Source: Lingula anatina (taxonomy: Eukaryota; Animalia; Brachiopoda). Taken from it: a stretch of 64,000 bases of DNA. The notes under the pieces were generated by a model. The model was given only the letters and a program-made list of their open reading frames with translations. It was not told the origin of the DNA and made no database searches. Positions 13,200-28,100 of the stretch are shown one piece after another. A program made the position numbers and the translations under genes. The DNA is taken from NCBI GenBank assembly GCA_051362555.1, contig CM120641.1:14136001-14200000 (forward strand), given 5' to 3'. Numbering within the stretch: position 1 is the first letter of the stretch; the number at the start of each line of letters is the position of its first letter.

Positions 13200-16100
13200 C
13201 CAGTAAATAGAACTTTTTACACTCACTTTGTCATTCAAGATTTATCAAGCAAAAATTAAAACAGTTTTCTTACCTTGACCGACTTCCACGTCAGCTTTCA
13301 TATCAAACATAAGCACCAGTGGTAAGCATTGCTGAAATGGGCAGATTCCAATATTGTAAAATAAATTCTTGTTCAATCATGATATACTGAAACATTATTT
13401 CCACTATATTGTATTTTCTTGCAAACAATGATTGAGAAACCTAAATTTAGAGCTATTGGTGATTCTGTTACACGAACAAAATCAAAATAAAATTTTGCTT
13501 ACTATTAACTGTTGCCTGGCTAAGAATACACTCTCAATTCCCCCTGTTATATACACTGTGCCTTTACGCTGTGGTGTCACATTGTTGGGATCTGGGAAAT
13601 GGATGCTTGCTCCAGTCCTCTGCATGATATGTTTTACATTCATGCCACCTCTTCCAATCATGAACAGGTGGTGCTGGGGAGCAATCTCCAGTTGTGTACT
13701 GATAGGGATGTTGGTCTTAAAGATGAAAATTATTATTGTTAAAGCTACATTCTAGCAGCGAATGATGCAAATCTTTGTACCAATTTTCTTCCTCGAAACA
13801 TATCCAAGTATGACATATATGTTTTACCATTTTATAAATGGCTTGCTTTAATCAAACTCACTTTGTTGCAGAAAACTTTCAATTACCCCTGAATTTCCAG
13901 CCAAATGCTCCATGACAGCTTTGGTTGCCATGGTGACAGCTTTTGCATTACTAACTGTTCCTCGTACTATGACTGTGGTCACATACATCCTGGGCCTCTG
14001 TTTAAATGTCACTGTGACATTGTGTTGCTGCATTATGTTTTGTATTGGTGGTGAAGATGTATCTGGCACTGGCTGGAGGACCCCTGTTATTGGCAGTTCA
14101 AAGGAAAATGCTAATGGCAGTAGTTCCTGAAACGGTTTCATTGCAAACATAAAATAAATCAATCAATGACCATTTATCAGAACAATCACTACATCAAAAA
14201 AGCAATTTGGACAATTCCAACTAAAACCCCTTATCCAAATAGTGGTTCAGTCTCTCATATGATTTACTTATTACACTTACTTATTTGATGATATATTAAC
14301 ATTTAAGTGTAAATAATGTATTCTGAGGCAGAGAGGTTTAGATAAGACCTACTCTAATGTGTGCTCTAGCACTCTCCACACCAGTAGGCTGGCCAGCTAT
14401 AGACACCTAAAATATATAAATTAAGACTTTGAAATACAGATGAAAATTGTAAATAATAAAATCTGACAGGCAGTATTGGAAGTCATGAATAAACAGAACC
14501 CCTCTTGCATCACATCTCATACCAACTAAAATGCACTTGATATAACAGGTATAAATAGTGCCAATTGTTGAGAATAGTTTTCAGAATGTGTGCTTTATCA
14601 AATATTATACATGGTTAATGACAGGCCGTTTCACACAAAACAAAACGCAAAAGGTTTCGGCAGTAAATTATTTAAAATACTAGTTTTACAGTTCACTGAA
14701 ACAAAATTTGCAATGAGCAAAAAAAAAAAAATGAATCATCTAAGAATCACTCTTGCACATTCCTTGTGTACAAGGGTCTGATGCACTTCAATCTTTAAAA
14801 AGAATATTTTCGAAGCCCAATAAAAAATGTGTGACATTTGTAGAAGAAGTTATGGGAGTTTTTGCGTCATATTCCTCATGAGGCATGCACCACATTGATG
14901 TAAGACTATCTCCAGTCAAGAGGGGAGTTGGATTCAAACAACAAGAACTTTATTTTAAGTGACATTCCTCTGACATTTTTTTTTACATAAAGAATTTTCC
15001 ACACTCCATTTTCAAGAGGATGTGATTATAAACAATGTGTAACAGGTATAAAGGAATTATAAAACTATTTGTTAAATAGCAAAGATGTAGACCTTTTTTT
15101 TTTGTAAAAAGGTACTTTTTACCAAATAAATTAAAACCACTTCCACCTCACTCAAAGGACTTGAATCTTTGTGGTTTGTCCAACAAGTGGGATAAGCAAA
15201 TGGCGCCTGACAACAAATCATTTTTAAAGCCTACAAAACTATTAGTGCAATATACAACATACTGTTCTTATCAAAAAATCAGGGTATGCCTGATCATATA
15301 CCAATGAATCAATATTATTAACACTCCCATACACTCCACTTCCAGACCTTAACCCTTTTTGGAGTAATTAAATATCACATATGTGATATGGTGATGGAAA
15401 GATTAAATTCTTCATGGTTAGCAAATTTGCAAGCTGGGACACTTGATCCTCTTACTTTCTTCAAACCCAGGACCTTGACTGTGACCCATGTTGTAAAAGG
15501 TTTATTCTTTGATCCAAGGTTCTGGCCCTCACCACTTACTGGTTTAACACTTTTTATCAATAGCTGAAGAATTTGGAGCTGACCACAATAGTCATAATCA
15601 TGGCATAAACATGAGATAACAAAAGGTTAGGATGAGAATACACTGGCAATATACCAAATACAACTAGGGTGGTTCTAATGCCGAGGATGATAAGGGGGGG
15701 GGGGGGGGGGGGGTATTTTCGCAAAGTGAGGAAAATATAAATCAATTTCTACAGCAGATATTACACTTCCTTGTTGCAATTCTCTAGAGAGATGATGGCC
15801 ATTGCATTTATTGACATGCTTGTTAAATTTTCATAATCACTTTTGTTCATGTTAGTTTAAAGTTCATAAACCAGTATGTTGATATATTGTAAAGAAAGGG
15901 GATGTAAATAATAGAAATGGCTTGTACTTGCTTCTGTGTTTTGTATGATTGCTACCACATGGCATTGTTTTCCTACCTGGTTGCTCTTCTCTGTTGTGCT
16001 CCCTCTGTTAGAGTCTGGGAAATGTATGTGGCATCCTGTCTGTTGCATTACCCTCTTGATGTTATTACCTCCCTTACCTATCACATGGGAATGGTCTGTG

Positions 16101-19100
16101 TGTGACACATCCATTTTCAAGGTTACACGATTACTCTAAAATTGAAATACCAAATATTTTTAACTACCCCCATTACACAATATGATACTCATTGAAATCC
16201 AACATGTATCCGTCATGTAGATTTGACACTTAAATATAAGTGAAGTAAACATGGGGAATAAAGGGAAAATATTGAGAGAGCAATCAAAATGTGACTAAGT
16301 ATGTTGCACCTACTATTCAAGATAAAAATTGCAAAAAAAAAAATGTACAAAAGGACTGAAAGATTTGATGATAAAATCAGAACTGATACAAAGAGGTTTC
16401 AATTAAAGGGACTTCGAACTTGTAACATGCCTTTCTAGAAAACCAACATTCTATCAATCATTACAGTAAGGAAATTATTCAATCCATATCCAGAAATAGC
16501 AATAATGATCACAGCATGAACATATTAATCTTTCTATGCTTCACTGACAAGCTTCAAAGTTAAGAATGTACATGACAGATTATCTACAACTCATGCCATT
16601 GTTCTGTGATATTTTGTTGGCTAGGTGGGGCTTCCGGGAATTTAAAAAAAATGGGTTTTCAACCTACATATATCGCATCTATGCCTCATAGCAACCTCAG
16701 TTGGAATATTTCTATAAAAAACTTTTTCAGACATCTTTTCTTACAAAATCAAAATTCAGTTTTTGGATCTTTCTGATCCTTTGGTTGAAAACACAAGCTT
16801 AGGTGAAAAAGAGGGAATCATAAGCCAATATTCAGACTTTCTGGACATTTTAAAAATCTCAGTATCTGTCTACTTGAACTGAAAGAAGCATGCATGCACA
16901 TGCACACATGAACACTATACTGAGGATCAATATAGTTCTATTAATTTTTTTCCTCATCTCACCTTTGTGTCCAGCACACACATAATCCTGTCCTTGGCAT
17001 TCCTTACATCATCTGGTTCACCTGCCACTTTGATGTGAGGATCTGAAGAGAAAAATATAGTAATTAATTATACCTAATATCACCCAAACAGATCTAACCG
17101 AAAAATACAGAAATTAATGACATCTTGTATCATTCAAACAGGTAGTCTCTTATCATATGACAACATGGGAATGTACTCAATAAAACTACCTCCTTTCTCC
17201 GTGTTCTGAAAATACTGATAAAAAAGCAATAGCCTCTTATCAGTAAAATAATGATACAATACTGCTGGTTCTTTAGTGCTGTTTGGAAGCAATATTATGC
17301 AATAAAACACTTTATAACTACAAACTTCTCTTAAATGATTTGTAACAAGTAAAAACTGCTGTTATGTATTGTTGCAAATAAAAAAATCAAACATTTTAGT
17401 TCTGGAATCACAGATGACATAGACCTACACAATTCTTATGAAGTAAGCAACAAAGTAATTTGATTTGTATATCTATGTACAATAGAAAATTCACATAAAT
17501 ACCTCAGCGGTGTGAATATACCCATCCCTACCTAACACAAGTTTGCTATCATCTGTTTATAGCAGAGCTACATCTGCTTTGTTTTGTGCATCAATACTGA
17601 GTTTTATTTGTGCATATGTCTGTTCCTGCTCTTTTTTTCTGTTTAATGTGAGTCTTGAGTGAATCCAAATGTGATAGCACCAAGATTATTTCAACTTAAA
17701 TGTAGATGCAAATATTGCTAAAACTAGGTGTGAATTTTCACACTGTCAAACAACCTCTCTCTTATTCAAGAAGTATTCTCTTTTTCTCAGATTCAGGCAT
17801 TAACTAAATATTAAGTTATATCAATCTTTTTCTTGATTCTCATTTTGTCACATACTTGGCTTAGGAGAGCGGGACCTTATAGGTCTGTAATTGGGGTGGT
17901 CACTCTTGGGAGTATTGTGTCTCATTTGAAGAAAGCTTGGTACCCCATGTCCAAAAAAGTTGTTTGCAATGTGGTCAGTCTGTTGCATCTCTGGGTGGTT
18001 TGTGACAAAATTGTCTGGTACATTAGACTGTAGTGGAGGTGGCTGGCTGGAAAACATTTGGTATGGTAAAGTTGCTGGCCCTTGAGGCCATGGAGTCATT
18101 GTGTCCATCATGTTCACCACCTTCCTTGCACCTCAGTCACTTTGCTAGTCACTTCACTCACTAAATTTATACAGATTTCTCCTCCTCCTCGTCTTGTCAG
18201 TCAGGTAAAAACTTTGTAAAATCAGCTAAAACATATACAGCATCAGAGTGGCCCCTCCTTGTTCTTCTTGGCAGCAGAATGGTGAACTGGTCTCATCCTC
18301 TGTGCTGCAGTGTCTGTGTAGAGGTCAGCTCTGAGCTATGAGTGAACTATCCCAAACATTTCCACTCGGCTATTATCATAACAATGCACAATCCTCCATA
18401 ACATCCAATCACAGGAACATCTGAGTGAGTAGATCCAGTCCATTGTCACCAAACCAGCAGTCAATTCAGATGCTTTGTCATGGGACCCCAATTAACTCAC
18501 TGCATTGCATCTTAATAAAGGCTGGGCTAATCCCAAGTGAAAACTCCCCCCTCCTCTTTGTCAGTGGCCCTTTCTAGGACATTCTGGCTGTTTACAAAAG
18601 CCAGGCTAATTATTGTTTTAATTGTTATATACTGTAATATTATTTTTTCTTCTAAAACTATGATAATGCTCCAGTGATTTGGGCCTTTGAAAGTATTATT
18701 AAGTGAGGAAGTTGGGTAGACTGCAATAATGGACAGAGTGAGATAATTCCCAAAATCCAGAGAGAGTTTTGATAGCCAACAACGAGGGCAGTTTGTAGGC
18801 ATATAAATTATATACAATATCCTTACTAAATATTTAATTAGGTCCTCAAGTTTGTCATATATGTAATATATCATTTGTTTTGATTTTACATGACCTTTTA
18901 ACCAGTCTGTATGCATCTTGCAGTGAAATTGCAATAACAACTTTTGCAGACAAATTGCAATGGTAATATTTCATTTCTTGATATGAGAGAACATATAACA
19001 GCAGACCTTTTGTAAACTGTAAACCAGGTTGTTTGTTTTAAAATATTTCTAATTTTGTTTTCACATCTCAAGGTTTTGAGATAGGGGCGCTGTCAAAATA

Positions 19101-22100
19101 CAAGTACTTCAAAGGTGCAGTCCTGAAATGTGTATTTAGACTGCATTCCCACAGATTTTTAGATCAATCTATCCCTGTGGGGAGTCTCACTAGATTGCTG
19201 TCAGGTTAGCCAGCTTAAATGTCTGTCCCGCCTACTTAAAGCTGTAAGGGGGTAATCAACTTTCGTGTATGCTTGGCTGACAGCAATTTAGCGTGAATCC
19301 CCAGGGAGTTAGGTTGATCCAGATGGATCAATCTAAATCTGTGGGAATGCAGTCTTCGAGAAGTAGGATTTAAACAGAAGGCCCAAGCTGACCACCCTTT
19401 AAAACACAGACACACACACACACACATACAGTTATGTACTCATTTTATCACCAAGTTAAAAATGTTTGCTTATATACTTCATCATCTTACTTATTCTTTC
19501 TTCCTTTTTTAAAGGTCTCCAAGCCTCCCAGTGCATGCTCAATACTTTTTATGTAAAGCTGAAAACAATTGTTGGGAAGGAAGTGAGATATTCATCAAAT
19601 ATTGACTCTCTCCCAACTTAATTCAGGCCCAAGTATATGTGTTTGTTTTTCTTTTTTGACCCTTTTCAATAATTTATCATTTCCGGATTGGTAATATGGC
19701 AATTGATGAGTCAATATCTATTTCCAAATCAGTTATTCATGACCTTTTATCACAAACACTGTCACAGATGAATAATCTAGCTTTCACCAAGAATATTGCT
19801 ATACTGGTTGTAACATTTGTTGATCATATTGTCTACTTATACTTGATATAACTTGTTAATGGAATGTTTTGCATCATGCTTTAGGTTCTCTTTTTAGTAC
19901 CTATGTTGAGCATGTTGTCTGCCTAGACTTGATAGAACTTGTTAAGAGGGTAGTCTGCATGATGCTTTGTTTATACTTGATAAAAATATCAGATGAACCA
20001 GAATAATATCCCTTACAAACTGAAGCCAACAGTGCTAGTTCAAATATTTTGTGTCTTGAGACATGTTAAATGTTATCCGATGACTGTGAATAGTTCTAAA
20101 ATTAATTGTAGCATTAAACTTGTAAACTGACCACATGTGATCATTAAGATATAAGTTATTTTAAACTCTTTTCCCCTTTTAAAATACTTGCACATGGGCA
20201 TGTTTGTAAAAGGACATGTGGCTATCTTGTTTGGCCAATATAATAACTGCATTTTGCTAATAAGCTGCTGCAGCTGCACACTTTTCTCTGCGCAAAAATT
20301 TTTTTTAAAAATCAGGATGACCTCTGTGACCCACTTCTAAGGGAGGCAACTCCTTCACTGTGTAAGTGGCAAATCTGAAAGTCTGCAATTAATTAGCCAA
20401 AAGAATGAACACCACAAAACTACTTTTTCCTTTTAACTAAAGTAGCAGAGATATTTAGGATTTTTTTAAAGGAGATAATAAACTGTTAAATTTACTGGAG
20501 ATATACAAAAAAGTTACCTTTCTTTGATTTTGCTCCAATTTTCAGTTTTGATGGCCATGTAATTTCTGTATTTGTTTCCTCCATAACCTGAATAAAAACA
20601 TATTGTCATTAATTAGAAGGCATTTCACTTATTTGATAATCATGAATAATGCTTATGTCATGTAACTTCATTTTTTCATAACCAAAAAATTCCAAATTTA
20701 CTGATAATAAAATCCAACTATGATATTGAATTGTATATCCTATACCTGTTGCTTTAAAAGGCATCAGAGAGAATAAAAGAAACTATTCTGTATCCCTATC
20801 CATCAAAGAGTTTGACATTTTCTTTCTTATCTGTGCTAGTACCTTACACATCTTGGTGCAAAGAACAAAACCCCTGAACCTCCATTTTCAATTTTTCAAA
20901 TAAGTACAAAAGTCTTGACATATCAAATGACTATTCTAAAATCAAATGAGCACACTTGTTCACTGAAAATGGGTCTACTTTTAAAATAACAGACATAAAG
21001 AACACCAAACAGAGGACTCTATTACAGCATCTGATGTCCAACGGACAATACGTATAAGACACAAAGCACTGCGTGTATACGAGTAAACTGAAAGGATGTC
21101 AAAAGTTAGTATAAGGCCAGACAAATTTGAGAAGTTGGTTAACCAGCACACCTAAACCAATTTTCTTCGCACCCGATTTTTATCAAATGAAAAAATGCAT
21201 TGGGCATTAGTTTGGTAAGTGTGGAAATTTGCAATCAGCCCTGTTTATATTCTAAAATCTTCTACACTATGGATTTGACATTACTTCCCAAATTAAACAT
21301 TTGCTATTATGTTATGCATCATATGCATCAAATGTTAAACAACCAAAAGCAAAAACAAATTTTATCTGCTGGCCCTGTTTACTAAACAACTTATCAACTT
21401 TGTATGCCCTTTTGGGGCATTTTGACAATCTAAAATTCTTTCTATGTACATTGAAATAGGCAAATGTAATAAACAATTTCAGCGCAGCTTACCAAATAAT
21501 GATGCTAAATAAGTTCATATGTTGATAATCTAAGGTTATAAAAGAGATACATTCAACTTTATTCTGACTTCATAATCATTGGTTAAGTTAACACGTAACT
21601 CCTTAGCCTAATTCAGTGTAAAAACAGGCAAATCCTTCTGTAATGATACTTGCTAAAGTTATTAATTGTCATAGAATATACACAACGGCACCCCTACCAC
21701 ATAAACAAATTCTTCGGTTGTATTGATTTTTTGCTCCAAAATCTATTGCATTATTGACAACTTTACAAGCACTTATAGCCAATCAATATTTTTTGTTGGG
21801 GGCAAAGTTCTACCAATTAAACACTTCTCTAAAAGAAATAACACTTACAGTTATGCTTATAAAATAACTTGAACATGCAAAATTCTTGACATTATTTCTA
21901 ACAAAATATTGTATGTTAGGCCCTAAGCATTTCACTCTGCATTCAACCTGTATGTGCATCACTCTTCAGTTAAGCATTCGTTTGTATTTTAGGGTCTGTC
22001 AACAGTCTATTTTCACATATATACACAAGAAAATTTACATCTGTTTTTTTGCTAAAAATTATGTTCGTTTTCTTTTTCTCTGATCTGGGAAGTGTTCTGT

Positions 22101-25100
22101 TATGTGCAATCTGCTCTGCCATTGATAACAGTTTAACCAATGTTATGAGCATCACTTAAAACTTGCAGGCAATAGTTACTTACCCGTTGGAAAAACTGTT
22201 CTGCTCCTTCCCCCATTCCATCAGCAGCAGCTTAAACAAAACAAAACACATGAAGTTAAACAAAGATCAAAATAATTCGAACTGAACACTGCAATTCTGT
22301 TCTTTTTTTCTATTGATCCCATATGTTGTAAAGACTTATCAATGGGATGGAAGGTGTCATTTTTTATGTGACCTATTGACAGTGCTTAAGCCCAGTCAAT
22401 GAACATGTTAGTGAATTGTCCCCCAAACTATACTACATAAAAATAATTACAGAAAGTCACGGTTTGGAAGAGAAATTTTCACAATCTCTATCAATAAGAT
22501 GAACAGAATTTTATATTATTTTTGACTTGACCTTAGAGACCAAGGACAAACAACAGGGGGAATAATCACCACCAGCTGATAGAGATAAGGGGTACATTTT
22601 GTGGCTTTAAATCATTCAGTTGTTTTAAAATCATTCATGACAAGAAGAGAAATGCATATTCTAGATGTAGCAGATAGCCCTTGGTGAAAATGTTTTCATA
22701 CCTTAGTATCACAGTATGAAGGTGTGAGGATTGGAGCACAAGCCATCATACCATGCAGGATCAAGCAAGTGAGAAGGAAATTAGAAAAGGAAATACTGAG
22801 CAAGAACGCCCTGAAGCAGCCAATATGACACTTGAACTTGTCTTCAGATATATACCTCCAGAATAATGAGTACATCTTAACAAGGGTGTGGTACATATGC
22901 CATCCCTGACTCTGTTCCTGATTTGGGCAGTCTCGCCTTCTCCTTTGATTAAACCATATTTCATACTTATTACATATTGTTTTTATGTCAGAAATAAATC
23001 TACCAAAAAGTTTCTAAAATATCAAAGGTCAGTGAAAATGTGGAGGTGATAAGGGGGCTCATGGCATGAGAAAGGCCATGTTTTCCATATACAGTGGCAG
23101 CCAGTCTGGCACAAAGGAGTGTAAATATTCCAATTCTGGACATCAGATGAACAAATAGCCCTGCATTTAAAATCATGGCTAAGTTATTTAACAGTGTTTT
23201 GCCCACCTTGGAGTCATAAGTGGTTATATACTGTCTGAAACTATGTAAGTGTTCTCCAGTTATGTTGAGCTCATATTTCAGCAGAGATTAATCTGCAAGT
23301 GAAGCTCGCTCAATCATAAGAACTCACGTTTTTAGCAATCTGTAATTTCAACTTACAATAGAAGGCCCTGTGTAACAATATTTAAGTGAACGCATGTAAT
23401 TATTGTAAAGTTATAACCTTTTTCTGTAATTCTTTGACACACCTTCACTTTAACATCATACTAGACTTCAATGTGAATATTAAAATATGACCTAGTCTGA
23501 TAAAACTGGGAAAGACTTGTTTCCAACCAATTGAAAGGACAATCCCACAAACAAAAGTGACAAAGGCTAAGGTGTACTTTAATTCCAAAACCACACATAG
23601 CTGAATGGAGACCAATAAAGACATGGGCAAAGGTTGGAAAAGTAAACATGTCCACAGCGAGGGCCAGCTATCTGTTTTGTTTGAAGAGGTTCACTGTGCA
23701 TTGAATGTTAACATAAAGCACAATATGTATTTGTACCAGGTGCCCCAGCTTCTTATCCCTGTCCTGTGTGCTGCCTTTGCCTTGTGTCCTGATAGGTGAC
23801 GTCAACTAGCTACATTTTATTGTGCTTATGTATATACGATGCATCATCTAACATTTGATTAAACATTATTTTTGAAGGCTTAACAGTATGCTTTCTGCAC
23901 ACCTGTGTTTTGCTTGACCTCTAAAATTGATCATTCAGATCAATCCAACAACTGTTTAGAATGATCTGAATCTATTCCAATTCTATTGTCAAACAAGTGT
24001 TTCAACAATGTATACACATGTATTATTCAGTTGCATGATTGACTATATTTTTATAACTCAGACGTGGTTATTTTAAAAAGACCATTCAATATGAGTAAGC
24101 ATAAGATTTTATTTAAAAGGGAGAATGGATCTGCATGCTCAGATAAGACCAGCGTGCAGTTTTGATAAAATTGGAGATATTTTTTAAATTGCTTCGATAT
24201 TTGCTCCATACCAAGTATCTTGGTTAAATATATTGCACCTGGTATGTTCTCATGGGGTCTCCTGGAGAGTAAAAATCTTAGGATAGGCCAAGTATATTTT
24301 TTAATCCTTAGCTTTTTTTCCAAAAGGAAATAATGCAGTTAAAACAGCTTGAGCAGCAGTTCTTATTGGAGAAAAGCACTTAAAACATTTTACGGACATT
24401 TATCTGAAGGCAGTGATACTTTTGCATTGAATTGTTATGACATAATATTTCAAATACTGATACAAAAGCACCAAACCACTGACTGTATTAAGGCATCAGC
24501 ATCTCACAGTGAATCATTAGAAAAATTATTGCAACCAGACAAAATTCTATTCCTTTTCTGTCAGATAAATGTAGAATCTGTTTGCCCTGATACCCAGACA
24601 GAAGCAGACCCTTGATGTATTTGTTTAGTTTCTAACATGGCCAGAAGGACCTTGCAGTGACAGTGTTTGTTGGTTAAGGCCACATGATACTTTCTTAATG
24701 GCATTCTTGACCATTCTTAGCCCAGCAGGGGGAAATGGAGATGAGTGTTGTATTTATTTCTATGCACAAGTATGTCCACTTCTACAAAACTTTTCAACAT
24801 AAATCCTATCAGACATTATACTGTCACATTTTTACAGAAATACCGAGGAGTTTTCAAACCTAAAGTATCCTTAAGTATCAAAATCCATTTGGAAATAAAA
24901 AGTTCACCTCTTGTTTAACAAATAACCTTAAGATATTTAAAGCTCAACAGCAGCCCCACCTTTCTATATTTACAATGAAAATACTTGCTTAACTATTTAT
25001 CTTAGGTGACATAGGTGCTACCTAAATATTCATCACCAGACATGCAAGCTCCACAAATTTATACCCAATATTCCTAGTCTAAATTGAAATCAGATGTAGA

Positions 25101-28100
25101 ATGTCCCGAGGAGAAATCCACAAATTACTTGCAACCGACTAGGCTAGGGTTTGGTGTCAAGACTTTGACACACTTAATGAGTGTTTGAGCCAAAAAATAA
25201 CATCTCAAATCAAGAGCTGTAGTTTTAAAAGGTTGAAGAATATGATCCAAGTTAACAGGCATGGTTTTCTTACACTCAATGCCTCCCCACACCCCAGTGA
25301 GGCTTCTCATTCTCACAGCTCGGTGCCCTTTAAACTAATCCTTCTTTCAGTTTAACCATCAAATTTCTCAAGAACTATTGGCACATTACTAGAAGGTTTA
25401 TATCCAAACCCTGCTGTGATGTACTTCTTCTAGGCCAACCCTGCTTCAATAATGTTACATTATCAAATTATATACACAATTTACAAAACTAAATGTGGTC
25501 AAAATCTTTGGCATGATATATGTGTCTTAGTCTTTCACAAACACTATTAATGTTACAATTAAACCTTGACAATTTTTTTATCTTTTTAAGTTAACAAAAT
25601 GGCATGTTTTCTTGTTTTTCATGGCAAATTCCTCGGGACAGCAGTTGTACATTTATCAAGAAAAAAGAATAGATTTCCATTCACAAGCTTTATAAAGGGG
25701 AGAAAACACACTTTTCCAGACACAATTTTCGTACAATACCTTAACTTAGCAGTTAAGGATTGTAATAAATATCAATCATGCTGTTTACACATTCCCATGT
25801 CGTTGTGAAAGCATCAATATACATGGTATATAATAGCCATTTTTTACCAATAACTGAATCAACCACTAGATATTAATCTTTCATACAGCTTTAAATAAGA
25901 TTCAACCACTCGCTCAATTGACCTAAAAATTGTTTACTAGAAAAGATCTATTCACTAGATCTGCAGACCAGCTTTAATCTATGATTTGGGTTTGATACAC
26001 AGACATGAATTGTAAACTGGCATGAATCAGTTTTGATCCCCTACTTTTGTTCCTTATGATTTTATTTGAAATGGAGACACCACCCCACCCCACTGTAAGG
26101 GTGCATCAGCTTAATCAGCACACGATAGTCAATTACCCCCTAGCTGCTCAAGAGGCATGTCAGACAATTAAGTTTATTCAACTTATTGCACTTAAAAAAG
26201 AATCCTCGCAGAGTTATACCGACCTAGCTAGTACTACGTGTGAATCTGAATTGGGTCTAAAAAATCACAATCTAGGGACATAGTCTACAGTCATAATGAA
26301 CAATATTTACATATAGGTATATAAAATATCTGACAAACTGGCTGTTGGAACCATTTTCACCCACATGGGTCAATATATTTGAATCAATTGGTGCCATTGA
26401 TTATCTCATTCAGTTCTAAATCTTAGTTGTTTGATGTGAGTCTCCTGAATGTGAGAGCAGCAGCCGTATTAGGCTCAAAATCCTTGTGTCAGTTTCAAAA
26501 TGGAAACCCACTAGGTACTTCAAATGTTCCTGACTATGTCCAATTGCCAATCACATGAATTAGTTCTCAATTCTAATATAAGTCAAACTTGCACACATTT
26601 TCAAAGCTCTTGATTGTTTACATTATTTATATAGGATAGCTATATACTATGGGCTAAAACGGCACGCTCTGTCTGGCTTCTGAGCTATTAAATGATACAT
26701 GGGTGTTTAATTTGCTTTTCCTAAAACAATACTTTTCTTGGGACAATGAAAACCACATTGAAGTGCATAACAAATTTAACAATGAAAAAAAACTTTTTAA
26801 ATTTGCATCCATACAGATTGTAAAATAAGGCCTTAAAACTGCAATAACTTATCTGGTAAAACTTCCTTCTTAGCATTAGGTAGTCTTTCTGGTTCATGCA
26901 AATACTACCTGAAACAATGGAATCTTACAAATCTAGAAGTTTACAGGTGAGATAATTCAATCCACTGTGAAAACATGCCTCCTACTCTGGGCCACCTCAT
27001 ACCACACACAGTCTTATACAACTTTGCAAACAAGTGGTCTAACGTAAGCATCCATGAGTGTTCTCTGTGCCACAGGACAGTGGAATATGGATACCATTAC
27101 TCCCTCAAACCTAAGAAAATAAAAATTCCCAAAACTGACATGTCTAGCTTTAATGGAAATATGGGAATAAAAAGAGAAAGTCAAGTTCTAGGTACTAGTG
27201 TGTCTGAAATCTTTGGTAATCATTACAAAAAATACTGTATTCATTTTGCACAAAACCCAGCCACCTGTAACAAGCAAACTGAAGGAAATCAAATATGTTT
27301 ATTCAAAGAATAGTTAACTTATTGAATGTCAGGAGCAATTCCTAAAATTGAAACTGAGCTGGTGCCATTTAGCTTAATTACCACCTTAGTATAAAACTCT
27401 GGAACTATTTTTTTAAAGATAGTCTGCTTGATATATTCTATGAGTTCTGTTGGGACCCTACAATAACAATTTTCTGCCCCATGCTTTTTCACCATGTGTC
27501 AACAGACCTGACCCTTTCTGCCTATTGTACTGCCTGTCAAACATGGGCAGGGATTTTCAATTATAGCTGGCTACCTGATTTCTGCATGACCGCTGCATAG
27601 TAAAGGTAGAGAATGCAAAGGTTGGTGGGAATTACATGGTGAGTTATGGTGACTTAATGACTTAACAATTCCAAGAGTAACTGTAAAATAAGTCTTTTAC
27701 ACTTTATTTCTTCATTTCTTCATTACACAGGTAATCGTGCCCAATTCAATGTGAGCTCATGTACTCACGTCCTATTCAATGAATATACATGGAAAAACAT
27801 GTCACTTTTCTCTAAATAAATTACTAAAACATTCTTTACAATGACCATATTTCAATAATTTTAAGAAATATTCTCACCACAGTCAACTCAATCCTATTTC
27901 ATTTAGACAAGTATTTTTACCCTCTAATTGCAGTATACATCATGATAAATGATGACTATCACTGATAAACAGTAATAACATACAAGTTAAACGTCTTAAG
28001 TGACCAGCAAAAAGTAGATCAATCACATGAAGAAAATATACCTTAGAAACCCGAGCCTCATACTATAAATGTTATCTACCTTCTTATCACTAAAACTCAT

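Noticed and set aside
21112-21376. Possible MITE with TAAGGCCAG...CTGGCCCT ends
   Set aside because: The TIRs are short and imperfect and no TSD is evident.
22680-24720. Cluster of short ORFs and slightly raised GC in the long first coding intron of Bicaudal-C
   Set aside because: No recognisable transposase, reverse transcriptase or host-gene motif in any frame. Possibly a decayed repeat, but I cannot support a call.
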